Origin: Calditrichia bacterium
GTDB lineage: Bacteria > Calditrichota > Calditrichia > RBG-13-44-9 > J075
Assembly (NCBI GenBank): GCA_050633245.1
Contig: JBOEGD010000004.1
Coordinates: 77,866 to 141,865, forward strand
DNA: 64,000 bases
Reading direction: 5' to 3'
This document shows positions 28,220-37,609 of the stretch, one piece after another (the first letter of the stretch is position 1; each line of letters starts with the position of its first letter). The notes beneath the pieces were generated by a model. It did no database searches. It was given only the letters and a program-made list of their open reading frames with translations, and was not told the DNA's origin. The position numbers and the translations under genes were made by a program.

Positions 28220-28912
28220 TTAACTGCGGACGTTAATAAATACCGGAATACTCAATTCATTTTGATTCTTGTGATCAGACTCGATGAGAATTTGACCATT
28301 CTGTCTTCCGGTTTCCTGTGGCTTAAGCTCAATTCTAATCAAGTGCGACTTTCCGCTGGGGATGGTAACACTTTCCGGGAAAATACTGACATGCGCATTC
28401 GATGATCGAATTTTGTTAATTTGAATTTCTCCACCGGATTCATTTTCAATCTCAAAAAACTCGGTATAGGTGGTGTCCGGATTAAGCTTAACTTTTTGAA
28501 AGTTTATAAACCGTGGACTGATGTTAAGGTCTGTAACGATTTTAGCTTGAACGACAACAATATGCGTCTTTGTGTCTGCATTCTTAAAGTTGATGCGAAT
28601 ATTCTTGCGAATGACGCCGCTAAAATTCTTTGTGTCCAGAGTATAAGGGATGTTCGCCGTTTCACCAGGCGCGTAGGTCATTTTTTTAGGAGTAACTGCC
28701 GTGCAGCCACAGCTTGGCTTAATGCTTTCGAGTTCCAGAGGTGTCGATCCGCTGTTTTTGAATACAATTTCGCCGGTAATAACATCACCTTTTGAAACTT
28801 TTCCCATATCCATTACCTGCTCATGCAAAAATTCAACCTGCTGAGCCGACAAGAATGACGTAAGAGTTATCATGATAAAAAACAATGATTTAGCCATTTT
28901 GACTTTCCTCAT
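28220..28912 (-). CDS. DUF1573 domain exported protein
   Basis: Signal peptide, DMGKV..G, FKNSG..PL.L..IKPSCGCT..PGE, followed by a second Ig-like domain. Confidence 0.85.
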   Translation of the reverse strand: MRKVKMAKSLFFIMITLTSFLSAQQVEFLHEQVMDMGKVSKGDVITGEIVFKNSGSTPLELESIKPSCGCTAVTPKKMTYAPGETANIPYTLDTKNFSGVIRKNIRINFKNADTKTHIVVVQAKIVTDLNISPRFINFQKVKLNPDTTYTEFFEIENESGGEIQINKIRSSNAHVSIFPESVTIPSGKSHLIRIELKPQETGRQNGQILIESDHKNQNELSIPVFINVRS

Positions 28913-29879
28913 GCTTTTGAAGTTTTTCTAATATTAACGCAAAGCGTTTTGATAAATTAACAGTGAACTCTTTGTGTTCTCCCGAAGTCGGGTGAACAAA
29001 TCCGAGACGATAAGCGTGAAGAGCCTGATGTCGCAGATGCTTTAGCAAATATACGGCGAAATTCCTTTTGGATAAAGCAGAAAGGCGATTTAATTGCCTG
29101 TCTCTGCCGGCATATTCCGGATCTCCAAAAACCGGATGACCAATATGCCTCATATGAACGCGAATTTGATGCGTGCGCCCCGTTTTCAGCCGTATGTTCA
29201 GTAAACTTATAAAATCGAGATTCTGTTCCGTAGAATATTGTGTAATGGCCAGCTTGCCAGAGTTGCCAACGCGAAAAAGCTTGCGATCAGATTTACTGCG
29301 TTCCAGATGATTTTCAAGAAGGCCTTCAGTCGGATCGGGTTTGCCCCAAACCAGGGCTCGGTACTCGCGATATGCAGTCTTATCACTAAACTGATTTTGC
29401 AGGGCAACATGGGTCACGTCATTTTTAGCAACGACTAATAAACCGCTCGTATTCTTATCCAACCGATGCACAATTCCCGGTCTGAGCCTGCCTCCAATAC
29501 CGGATAAATCCTTGCAATAGTGCATAAGGGCATTCACCAGCGTTCCGCTTGGGTTACCGGCACCCGGATGAACTACCATCCCGGCTGGCTTGTTTATGAC
29601 AATCAGGTCTGAGTCTTCAAAAACAATATCGAGCGGAATATCTTCGGCAAGAAGTTCCGTCTCTTCTGGAGCAGGAATATGAAGGTGAATCTGTTCACCC
29701 GTCGACAACCGATACGATGCACGGACTGGCTGTTGATTCACTTGAATGTGTTTATCGGCAATAAGTTTCTGTAAAAATGAACGAGAATAGTCATCCAAAT
29801 GATCAGCCAGAAACTTATCCAGTCGACTACCATCCGAATCGTCACTAACGGTTAAATGCAGTTGTTTTGCTTCAATCAT
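28890..29879 (-). CDS. rluD: RluA/RluD family pseudouridine synthase
   Basis: S4 domain RLDKFL..SRS, NKPAGMVVHPG, GIVHRLDKNTSG and TGRTHQIRVH. Likely start ATG 29879. Confidence 0.93.
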   Translation of the reverse strand: MIEAKQLHLTVSDDSDGSRLDKFLADHLDDYSRSFLQKLIADKHIQVNQQPVRASYRLSTGEQIHLHIPAPEETELLAEDIPLDIVFEDSDLIVINKPAGMVVHPGAGNPSGTLVNALMHYCKDLSGIGGRLRPGIVHRLDKNTSGLLVVAKNDVTHVALQNQFSDKTAYREYRALVWGKPDPTEGLLENHLERSKSDRKLFRVGNSGKLAITQYSTEQNLDFISLLNIRLKTGRTHQIRVHMRHIGHPVFGDPEYAGRDRQLNRLSALSKRNFAVYLLKHLRHQALHAYRLGFVHPTSGEHKEFTVNLSKRFALILEKLQKHEESQNG

Positions 29880-30010
29880 TTCAGCCTCAGCGGTGGCGCA
29901 AATAAATGTAACAGGAGAACGAACAGGGAGGATGTTTGATGTAGAACTTTTGGAAAAGGAGGCTGGAGTATTTCCAGCCACCTATATTATTAAAGCAATG
30001 ACCAAGGCCA

Positions 30011-30469
30011 TTACTTTAATCTATTCAATTTTTTATGGTCCAACTTTGCTTTAACCGTTGTCTCCGTGTGTGGAACAGCTTCAAGCCGCTCTTTAGGGAT
30101 CGGATCTCCGGTGAGTTTGCAAATACCATAGGTGCGATTCTTAATGCGATCCAGGGCACGATCGAGATACCCAATAAACTTTTGCTGGCGACTGATCATC
30201 AAATAGAGCATTTCACGTTCCATGGCATCAGTTCCAGAGTCCGCCATGTGATACGTATAGCCGGACGCTTGTTCCTGAGCGTCTTCGAGTCGTGTATTCA
30301 TTTGCTCAATCTCATTCAAAGCTTCAGATCTCTTCGTGAGAATAATCTGACGAAAATACTCCAGCTCATCATCGTTCAGGTATGTGGTTAAGACCTGTTG
30401 CTCGTCATACGTTCCCTCATCACCATTGACTAACTTCTTGGCTTTATTAACCATTCTACCAGTCCTCAT
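30011..30469 (-). CDS. dksA: TraR/DksA family transcription factor (zinc-less variant)
   Basis: HMADSGTDAMERE and ALDRI..TYGICKLTG.PIPKERLEAVPH; only one Cys. Confidence 0.85.
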   Translation of the reverse strand: MRTGRMVNKAKKLVNGDEGTYDEQQVLTTYLNDDELEYFRQIILTKRSEALNEIEQMNTRLEDAQEQASGYTYHMADSGTDAMEREMLYLMISRQQKFIGYLDRALDRIKNRTYGICKLTGDPIPKERLEAVPHTETTVKAKLDHKKLNRLK

Positions 30470-30509
30470 AGCTTTGTGTGATTCCGAATTATATCGGATA
30501 ATTTTGCTG

Positions 30510-30538
30510 AATATAAGTTATTTTCATGCCCTTGTAAA
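30510..30538 (-). promoter_or_regulatory. Sigma70-type promoter for dksA
   Basis: TTTACA-N17-TATATT on the - strand. Confidence 0.55.
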
Positions 30539-30613
30539 CTAAATAATGCAAACTTTTTACTAACTAGAATTAGTCCTACAAGGGCACTCGACTATCGACT
30601 ACAGATCGTTGCT

Positions 30614-33600
30614 TTAACTGTCCGATTTACGAATAAAAATCGAAAACTCATCATCATCAATCATAATGCTCTGTCCGGTTTCACCAGCCGGCAGGCTGTC
30701 GTGGAGCTCGGTAGCAAGCGTTTCAAGACGAATATATTCTGCCTGAGCCACTGCTGCATCCGCAATCTGTGATGGGGCAGAGTAGTGCACAACAATGCGG
30801 TCCATTACGTCCATATTCGCATCCTTACGCAAGTTCTGGATTCGATTGATAAATTCCCTCGCGATGCCTTCTGCCGCTAACTCAGGCGTAATTGTCGTAT
30901 CAAGTGCCAGTAGTATGTCCCCATCTCTTGTTACGGCTGCATCTCCGATAGGTTCCTCACGAATATCCAAATCTTCGCTGCGTATTTTTTCGGGCTTTCC
31001 ATCAATATCTATCGTTGTAGAACCGCCGGATTCCAGCGTCTCTAATACGTCACTGCCGAAGGAGGAAATCTGACCGACAGCCTGCTTCATACTTTTACCA
31101 AAGCGTGGTCCAAGTGTTTTAAAGTTGGGCTTGACCTGGCGTGTAACCAATTCATCCAGTGGTTTATCAATAGCAATAGTCTTTACGTTTAGCTCTTCCA
31201 GAATTAACTCGCTCATCAGAGTTACCGCATCCAGGCTGGCCTTGTTGCTACTGTAAACGGTCAGTTCCTGCAGCGGCTGCCTTACCTTTAGACGATGGTC
31301 TTCGCGAAGTGCTCTGGCGCTGCGAACTACTCTCTGAGTAATGCTCATTCGCGATTCCAGTGCTTCATCCTGGAGTGCAGTTTCGCGAGCTCTGAGCGTT
31401 GGAAAATCACAAAAGTGCACGCTCTGAGGCATAGTCTCTGTCTTCAGGTTGCGATAAAGTGCATCCGAAACAAATGGACAAAACGGAGCCATCAGCTTAC
31501 AAACGGTTAGCAAAACTTCATGCAACGTTTGATAGGCGGCTGTTTTATCTGCTGAATTTTCGCCCTTCCAGAACCGACGTCGATTGCGCCTCACATACCA
31601 GTTGGAAAGCTCATCGATTACGAACTCGGTAATCGGACGCGCTGCCTGGGTTAAGTCATAGTTACCAAGTTCATTGTTCACACGCCCGGAAAGGGTATAT
31701 AGCCTGGACAGAATCCAGCGGTCAATCTCAGGACGTTCACTAACCGGTACTTCTTTCTCGGTGCCATCGAATCCGTCGATGTTGGCGTATAACGCAAAAA
31801 AACTATAGGTGTTTAACAGTGTGTCGAATAGTTTGCGATAAACTTCTTTAACCCCGTCTGCGTCAAACCGTTTGGCAATCCATGGATTATTCATGGTCAG
31901 TAGATACCAGCGCAATGCATCCGCACCGTGGGTATCGAATGCCTCGAAAGGATCGACGGCATTTCCGAGCCGCTTGCTCATCTTCTTGCCGCTTTTGTCC
32001 AACAACAAATCGTTCACAATAATATTTTTAAACGCAACGCTGTCGAATAAAACTGTCGCCAGATTATGCAGCGTGTAAAACCAGCCACGGGTTTGATCGA
32101 CACCCTCTGAAATATAGTCCGCAGGAAAGCTCTTGTCGAACAGCTCTTTATTCTCGAAAGGATAATGAAGCTGTGCAAATGGCATTGCACCAGAGTCGAA
32201 CCATACGTCGATAATCTCAGGCGTGCGTCGATATTCCTTTCCGTCTTTTATGAAGATAATCTTGTCTACAAAAGGACGATGCAGATCGAGCTCACCTTCC
32301 GGTAGCTCACCAACCGGTGTTCGCTTCTCACCATCAAGATAGATGCCCTGATTTAGCTCTTCAATTGAGCCGATGCAGATGAGATCACCATCTTCTGAAA
32401 CCCAGATTGGCAGCGGAGTGCCCCAATAGCGATCGCGGGAAAGAGACCATTCTTTGTTGTCTTCCAGCCAGTTGCCGAAGCGGCCTTTGCCGATCTCAGG
32501 TGGCTGCCAGTTGATGGTGTTGTTCAGTTCAATCATGCGCTCGCGATAGGCAGGTGAGTTAATAAACCAGGCTTCCCGTGCATAATAGATAACCGGATTG
32601 TCCGTACGCCAGCAGTGTGGATAGCTGTGCAGGTAATCGTTCGTAATGCGATAGGCCTTGCCCATCTTTTTCAGAGCAATGATAATATCTTTGTCCGCAC
32701 CTTCTTCGGTATGCCCATCGGCATAGGTGAAGGTCTTAACAGTGCGTCCGGAAAACTCACCCATGCCGTCTTTAAATCGGCCACCAGGGGTAACAGTTAT
32801 GTTGACCGGGAGATTATGCAGCTTGGACATTTCGTAGTCATCCTGACCGAAAGCGGGAGCCATATGAACAATTCCTGAGCCATCTGCGGTAGTCACAAAA
32901 TTCCCGGGAAGAATAGTTAATACATTTGGGTGTTCAGAAGCCTTCAGATCGATGAAGTCAAAGATCTGTTCGTAGCACGTTCCAACAATCTCTTTGCCCT
33001 TTAACTCTTCCAGGATTTCATATTCACCATCCAGTGCGGAAAGTCTCTCCTTAGCCAGAACCAGATTCAACGTCTGCTCCTCTTTTCCCGCATTTGACTT
33101 CAATTCGCGTGTATTCTGCACGCGAACATAGTCGATTTCCTCGCCGACAGCGGCGGCTGTATTGGTAAGCAGCGTCCAGGGAGTCGTTGTCCAGATCAAA
33201 AGCTCACTTCCAACAAGCGACTCTTTTGGCGACGATAAGACCTTGACCTTCACGTAGGTATTCGGATCTTTAACGTCTTTATAACCGAGTGATAGTTCAT
33301 GCGAGCTAAGAGGCGTTTCAATTGTTGGAGACTGTGGCACAATACGAAAGCTCTTGTAGATGTAGCCCTTCTTGTAGATCTCGCTTATTGCCCACCAAAC
33401 GGATTCCACATACTCATTTTTGTAGGTGATATACGGATCATCCAAATCCAGCCAGTAGCCCATTCGGTCGGTCAGGCGACGCCAGCCATGTGACATCTCG
33501 ATATGCTCATCGACCAGTTCGCGACAGGCAGTATTGAATTTCTCAATACCAATTCCTTCAATCTCGTTCTTTTGTGTGAGGCCAAGCTTTTTCTCGACGG

Positions 33601-33883
33601 CGATCTCTACCGGAAGGCCGTGAGTATCCCATCCGGCTTTACGTGGCACCTGGAAGCCGGACATGCTTTTATACCGACAAATGACATCTTTTATGGTGCG
33701 ACCAAGCACGTGGTGAATACCCGGTTTTCCATTTGCAGTAGGCGGGCCTTCATAGAAAATATAGAGAGGGGCATCTTTACGCTGTTCAAGGCTCTTTTTA
33801 AATACATCTTCTTTTTGCCACAGTTTCAGCACATCCTCTTCCAATTTCGGGAGAGAAGGCTTACCGTCAAATTCTTTAAACAT
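30614..33883 (-). CDS. ileS: Isoleucine--tRNA ligase, type 2 (IleRS2)
   Basis: EGPPTANGKPGIHH, GWDTHGLPVE, WTTTPWTL, SRDRYWG, DQTRGWF, KMSKRLGN and an IleRS2-type C-terminus. Confidence 0.97.
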   Translation of the reverse strand: MFKEFDGKPSLPKLEEDVLKLWQKEDVFKKSLEQRKDAPLYIFYEGPPTANGKPGIHHVLGRTIKDVICRYKSMSGFQVPRKAGWDTHGLPVEIAVEKKLGLTQKNEIEGIGIEKFNTACRELVDEHIEMSHGWRRLTDRMGYWLDLDDPYITYKNEYVESVWWAISEIYKKGYIYKSFRIVPQSPTIETPLSSHELSLGYKDVKDPNTYVKVKVLSSPKESLVGSELLIWTTTPWTLLTNTAAAVGEEIDYVRVQNTRELKSNAGKEEQTLNLVLAKERLSALDGEYEILEELKGKEIVGTCYEQIFDFIDLKASEHPNVLTILPGNFVTTADGSGIVHMAPAFGQDDYEMSKLHNLPVNITVTPGGRFKDGMGEFSGRTVKTFTYADGHTEEGADKDIIIALKKMGKAYRITNDYLHSYPHCWRTDNPVIYYAREAWFINSPAYRERMIELNNTINWQPPEIGKGRFGNWLEDNKEWSLSRDRYWGTPLPIWVSEDGDLICIGSIEELNQGIYLDGEKRTPVGELPEGELDLHRPFVDKIIFIKDGKEYRRTPEIIDVWFDSGAMPFAQLHYPFENKELFDKSFPADYISEGVDQTRGWFYTLHNLATVLFDSVAFKNIIVNDLLLDKSGKKMSKRLGNAVDPFEAFDTHGADALRWYLLTMNNPWIAKRFDADGVKEVYRKLFDTLLNTYSFFALYANIDGFDGTEKEVPVSERPEIDRWILSRLYTLSGRVNNELGNYDLTQAARPITEFVIDELSNWYVRRNRRRFWKGENSADKTAAYQTLHEVLLTVCKLMAPFCPFVSDALYRNLKTETMPQSVHFCDFPTLRARETALQDEALESRMSITQRVVRSARALREDHRLKVRQPLQELTVYSSNKASLDAVTLMSELILEELNVKTIAIDKPLDELVTRQVKPNFKTLGPRFGKSMKQAVGQISSFGSDVLETLESGGSTTIDIDGKPEKIRSEDLDIREEPIGDAAVTRDGDILLALDTTITPELAAEGIAREFINRIQNLRKDANMDVMDRIVVHYSAPSQIADAAVAQAEYIRLETLATELHDSLPAGETGQSIMIDDDEFSIFIRKSDS

Positions 33884-33930
33884 ATCTGTTCCTGTAGGTT
33901 ACTGATTTCTCTGTAAGCGTTGGAATATTG

Positions 33931-34752
33931 TTACATCTTCTCAATTAGGCACTTCATCAGTCTGGTTAACTTGGGTTGTGCCGCCATCGCTGTTGCAATT
34001 ATATCGGCCACATCAACGGCTTCGAGCGCATCGGGAAAGCATTCGTCGGTAATTACCGAAATGCCAAAAACCTGCATATTCATATGGCGAGCGGCAATTA
34101 CTTCCGGGACTGTGGACATACCGACGACATCTGCACCGATGTTGCGAAGGAAGCGATATTCGGCTCGTGTTTCAAGACAGGGACCGGCGACTGCGACATA
34201 CACTCCTTTTTGCACCGGAATCTTTTCTTCCAGAGCGAGGCTTTCAGCAAGAGCGATCAGACGCTGGGAATACGGTTCTGACATGTCTGGAAAGCGTGGC
34301 CCAAGTCGTTCATCATTAACCCCGATGAGTGGGTTGTCGCCGAGTAGATTGATGTGATCATTCATGATCATCAAATCGCCTTTGCTGTAGATTGGGTTCA
34401 TACCGCCGCAGGCATTGGAAATAACCAGCGAGTGAACGCCGATATGTTTCATTAGCCGGATGGGGAAGACGATTTGTTGCATAGTGTAGCCTTCGTAATA
34501 GTGAAAGCGCCCCTGCATAGCAACTACATTTCGTCCACCCAGTTTGCCGAAGATGAGTTTTCCTTCGTGCGACTCTACGGTAGAGACTACAAAGTTAGGA
34601 ATTTTATCATACGTAATTTCAATTTCCGCTTCAATTTCTTCAGCAAGTTCACCGAGCCCGGTTCCCAGAACGATACCGATCTCCGGTTGAAAGTTGGTTT
34701 GAGTACGAATGTAGGCGACTGCCTGATCAATTTGCGTCATGATATCGCTCAT
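33931..34752 (-). CDS. punA: Purine-nucleoside phosphorylase (trimeric type)
   Basis: IVLGTGLG, QGRFHYYEGY, GPCLETRAE and VGMSTVPE. Likely start ATG 34752. Confidence 0.93.
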   Translation of the reverse strand: MSDIMTQIDQAVAYIRTQTNFQPEIGIVLGTGLGELAEEIEAEIEITYDKIPNFVVSTVESHEGKLIFGKLGGRNVVAMQGRFHYYEGYTMQQIVFPIRLMKHIGVHSLVISNACGGMNPIYSKGDLMIMNDHINLLGDNPLIGVNDERLGPRFPDMSEPYSQRLIALAESLALEEKIPVQKGVYVAVAGPCLETRAEYRFLRNIGADVVGMSTVPEVIAARHMNMQVFGISVITDECFPDALEAVDVADIIATAMAAQPKLTRLMKCLIEKM

Positions 34753-34809
34753 GATAATTCCTCTGTTCGTTAATGCGGTGTAGGGTAAAGGCATTTATAG
34801 CTATGTAAA

Positions 34810-34868
34810 GACCGCGATAAGACAACAGCGAGTGGCCGATTAATGAGCGCTATTGTTTTATCGCGGTC
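34810..34868. repeat. 21-bp inverted repeat (19/21 match) with 17-nt spacer, inside an operon
   Basis: GACCGCGATAAGACAACAGCG ... CGCTATTGTTTTATCGCGGTC. Confidence 0.75.
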
Positions 34869-34903
34869 GCGACAGAATAAGGAAATACAATGTTTTCGTA
34901 TTA

Positions 34904-35566
34904 TTACTGACCGTCGCTGTTTTCCTTCTTGTCCTTCAACTTTTTCATCAAAGACTCTTTTTCCTGCTTAAGTTCTTTCAAGCGTCCTTGTTCTTCAACG
35001 CGTGCAGCTTCGAGTCCATCTTCATGTTGACGAAGAAAACGGACTTTCGCAAGAGCATCATAATTATCGCGCTTTATTCCTCGTGATGCAAAATAAATAC
35101 TGCCAACTACAGCGCCGAGTCCACCGGTGAAAAACGGCGGCGGGTTATCCACTGCATACCAAACGGGAAGTCCTACGGCAATTCCTGCCAGTCCACTGAT
35201 GGCTGCGCCACCGAAGGCATATACCCAGGAGTTTCGACCGGTGCGATACTTTTTAATCTCGGCATCGGTAATCTCATTGGCTTGATAATCGAAATGCTTG
35301 TCAGATTGTTCTATACGAGCAATATCGCTATGATTGAGCTTGTGTTCAAGATGATCCTGTGAAGAAACCATCGTAATTGTCTGCTGTTCGTGGCCAATGA
35401 CGAGACCTTCCATGATATCACCACTCTTCAAAAATACGCGTACCGACTGATCTGCAGCAATTTTTTCAGGTGTAACAATACGTGAGCCGCTGCAATTTGT
35501 TAGCAGTAAGACCACAAAGATGGCTAACATACCTTTTGCCATAATACTTAGAACATCCTTTTTCAT
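34904..35566 (-). CDS. Hypothetical lipoprotein with glycine-rich TM hairpin and C-terminal coiled coil
   Basis: Lipobox-like LLLTNC, two Gly-rich hydrophobic segments, and 4-bp overlap with divIVA. Confidence 0.75.
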   Translation of the reverse strand: MKKDVLSIMAKGMLAIFVVLLLTNCSGSRIVTPEKIAADQSVRVFLKSGDIMEGLVIGHEQQTITMVSSQDHLEHKLNHSDIARIEQSDKHFDYQANEITDAEIKKYRTGRNSWVYAFGGAAISGLAGIAVGLPVWYAVDNPPPFFTGGLGAVVGSIYFASRGIKRDNYDALAKVRFLRQHEDGLEAARVEEQGRLKELKQEKESLMKKLKDKKENSDGQ

Positions 35567-36348
35567 TTGTCGGGCTCTTTCTTGTTTAATGTTTTAATCA
35601 AATCGTCGATTTGTATGCCTTTTTTAAAGAATTCATTAATATCGTCTTCGGATAAAGATGCAGTACCAGTAGTTTTTTCTTCTTGTCCTGTGTCGCTTTT
35701 TTCGTCAGTTGATTTGCGATTTCTTGCGGGTGGAGGTGTCTCTTTTTCTCTCTGCACGCCCTCTTCCGGCTCCGGAGCCGGGCGATGGATAATATTTCCG
35801 GAGCCGGATCTACCTGATTCTTCGGTATCTCCGGTATCACTGCTAAGCTTGCGTTTGGCTTTTTGAACCACAAATTCGCGTTGATCATCGCTGACAAGAT
35901 CATCGATCTCCATGACCGACAAGAGCTCAATTTGAGAAGAAAGAATGTGGCGGAGTCGATTAATAAAAGACTCTTTCTGAGTTTTTAACCAGCCAATTTC
36001 TTCTTTAATACTGCGTGCTTCCTTGCGGGTATTTTCAAGAATCTCAAGGGCTTTCAGCTCTGCTTCCTTCACAGTGAGATCTGCCTGGCGCTTGCTGCTT
36101 TCTTCAGACTGCTTTTTTACTTCCTGAAGATTGACGAGTGTTTCCCGCAGCGTTTTTTCGTTCCTTTGATAATCCGACAGCTTGGTTTCAAGCTCGATTA
36201 TCCGATTGCTCTGATTCTTATTCGTCTCGGTAAGCTGTTCGTACTGCTCGGCAACCATTTCTAGAAAGGTTTGAACCTCAACGGGATCAAAACCTCGCAT
36301 GGCCTTGCGAAACTCCTGCTTCCGGATTTCTAATGGCGTTAGTTTCAA
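35563..36348 (-). CDS. divIVA: DivIVA domain protein
   Basis: MKLTPLEIRKQEFRKAMRGFDPVEVQTFL followed by a coiled coil; TTG start with AGGAG RBS. Confidence 0.92.
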   Translation of the reverse strand: MKLTPLEIRKQEFRKAMRGFDPVEVQTFLEMVAEQYEQLTETNKNQSNRIIELETKLSDYQRNEKTLRETLVNLQEVKKQSEESSKRQADLTVKEAELKALEILENTRKEARSIKEEIGWLKTQKESFINRLRHILSSQIELLSVMEIDDLVSDDQREFVVQKAKRKLSSDTGDTEESGRSGSGNIIHRPAPEPEEGVQREKETPPPARNRKSTDEKSDTGQEEKTTGTASLSEDDINEFFKKGIQIDDLIKTLNKKEPDK

Positions 36349-36395
36349 AAGAATGCTCCTTTAAAATGCCAGATCGTGTTTCAAATGGACTGTCT

Positions 36396-37082
36396 TTAGC
36401 GTTTGCCAAACAGGGCTGATCCTATTCGAACCATGTTTGCGCCTTCTTCAATAGCTACCTGGAAATCGCCGGACATGCCCATCGACAGAGTCTTAATATC
36501 GGCATGGTTCAGTTCGAACGTCCCGGCTTCATCATATAGTTCTTTTAATAAACGAAAGCAAGGTCGCACTCGTTCCTTATCTTCGGAATAAATGGCGATT
36601 GTCATAAATCCCTGCACATTTAGATTCGGCAGACGGTCAATTGCTTTTAACAGCGTTAGTGCACTTCCGGGATCACAACCGATTTTCTGCGGCTCACCGC
36701 TGGTATTTACTTCAATTAGCACCGGCATCTGGCGGTTCAGCTTGGCGCAACGTGCGTGAATCTCTTCAGCTAAGGCAATATTGTCGACAGATTGAATCAT
36801 GTCAAACAACTTTACCGCATACTTTACTTTATTGCGTTGGAGATGGCCGATAAAGTGCTTTTTCACCGGTCTGTCTATTGCATCGCTTTTATCACGAAAT
36901 TCCTGAATGCGGTTTTCACCAATATGCTCAACACCGGCATCAATTGCGGCGTTGATGACTTCTGCGTCAAAGGTTTTGCTGACGCCAATAAGCGTAACGC
37001 TGTTTTTCGCTAATCCGCTCTTAACTTCGGCTTCGCGAATTTGCTTATTTATTGAGTTTAAATTTTCTGTCAGATACTGCAT
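36396..37082 (-). CDS. yggS: YggS family PLP-dependent homeostasis protein
   Basis: IGVSKT, GENRIQE, HFIGHLQRNK, LSMGMSGDF and VRIGSALFG. Confidence 0.95.
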   Translation of the reverse strand: MQYLTENLNSINKQIREAEVKSGLAKNSVTLIGVSKTFDAEVINAAIDAGVEHIGENRIQEFRDKSDAIDRPVKKHFIGHLQRNKVKYAVKLFDMIQSVDNIALAEEIHARCAKLNRQMPVLIEVNTSGEPQKIGCDPGSALTLLKAIDRLPNLNVQGFMTIAIYSEDKERVRPCFRLLKELYDEAGTFELNHADIKTLSMGMSGDFQVAIEEGANMVRIGSALFGKR

Positions 37083-37116
37083 AAAATGGCGTTCTCCCTA
37101 CCCCTGAAAATGCTAT

Positions 37117-37434
37117 TTACTGCTCGTTGGATTGCTGGAAGCCAAATGGCTTTCCCTGCTGTTGATTTGGTAGCTTAATTTCACCATTTTGTTCTTCAAA
37201 TTTTTTAATGTCATTGTCCAAAGTATGTAGCAGAGCCTTGGCATGCTGGGGTGTTAAGATAATTCTCGCATACACTTTTGCCTTTGGCACACCTGGAAGA
37301 AGACGGGTAAAGTCTACTACAAATTCTGCCTGAGAATGGCTGATTATTGCCAGATTGCTATAGATGCCTTCGGCTTGCTCAGGGGGTAATTCGACATTTA
37401 TTTGCTGCTTCGGACCCTGATTGGAATTGCTCAT
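37117..37434 (-). CDS. DUF3467 domain protein
   Basis: AEGIYSNLAIISHS..EFVVDF..P..KAKV..RIILTPQHAK. Likely start ATG 37434. Confidence 0.88.
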   Translation of the reverse strand: MSNSNQGPKQQINVELPPEQAEGIYSNLAIISHSQAEFVVDFTRLLPGVPKAKVYARIILTPQHAKALLHTLDNDIKKFEEQNGEIKLPNQQQGKPFGFQQSNEQ

Positions 37435-37507
37435 CAATTTTCCTTCTGTTAATCGTATATTGCCTTGCAGCAAGAAGTGCTGTACATTCAGCCTTTAACT
37501 GCGGCAA

Positions 37508-37536
37508 AATATAGTGTGAAAGCCCGCTGATTGCAA
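37508..37536 (-). promoter_or_regulatory. Sigma70-type promoter for the DUF3467-yggS-divIVA-PNP-ileS operon
   Basis: TTGCAA-N17-TATATT on the - strand. Confidence 0.6.
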
Positions 37537-37609
37537 GCGATTGTATTTGCTGTAGAAATGAAATGAAGCAGTTTTTTCCAGTTCTTTGTTCAAACTCAGG
37601 AAGAGAAAT

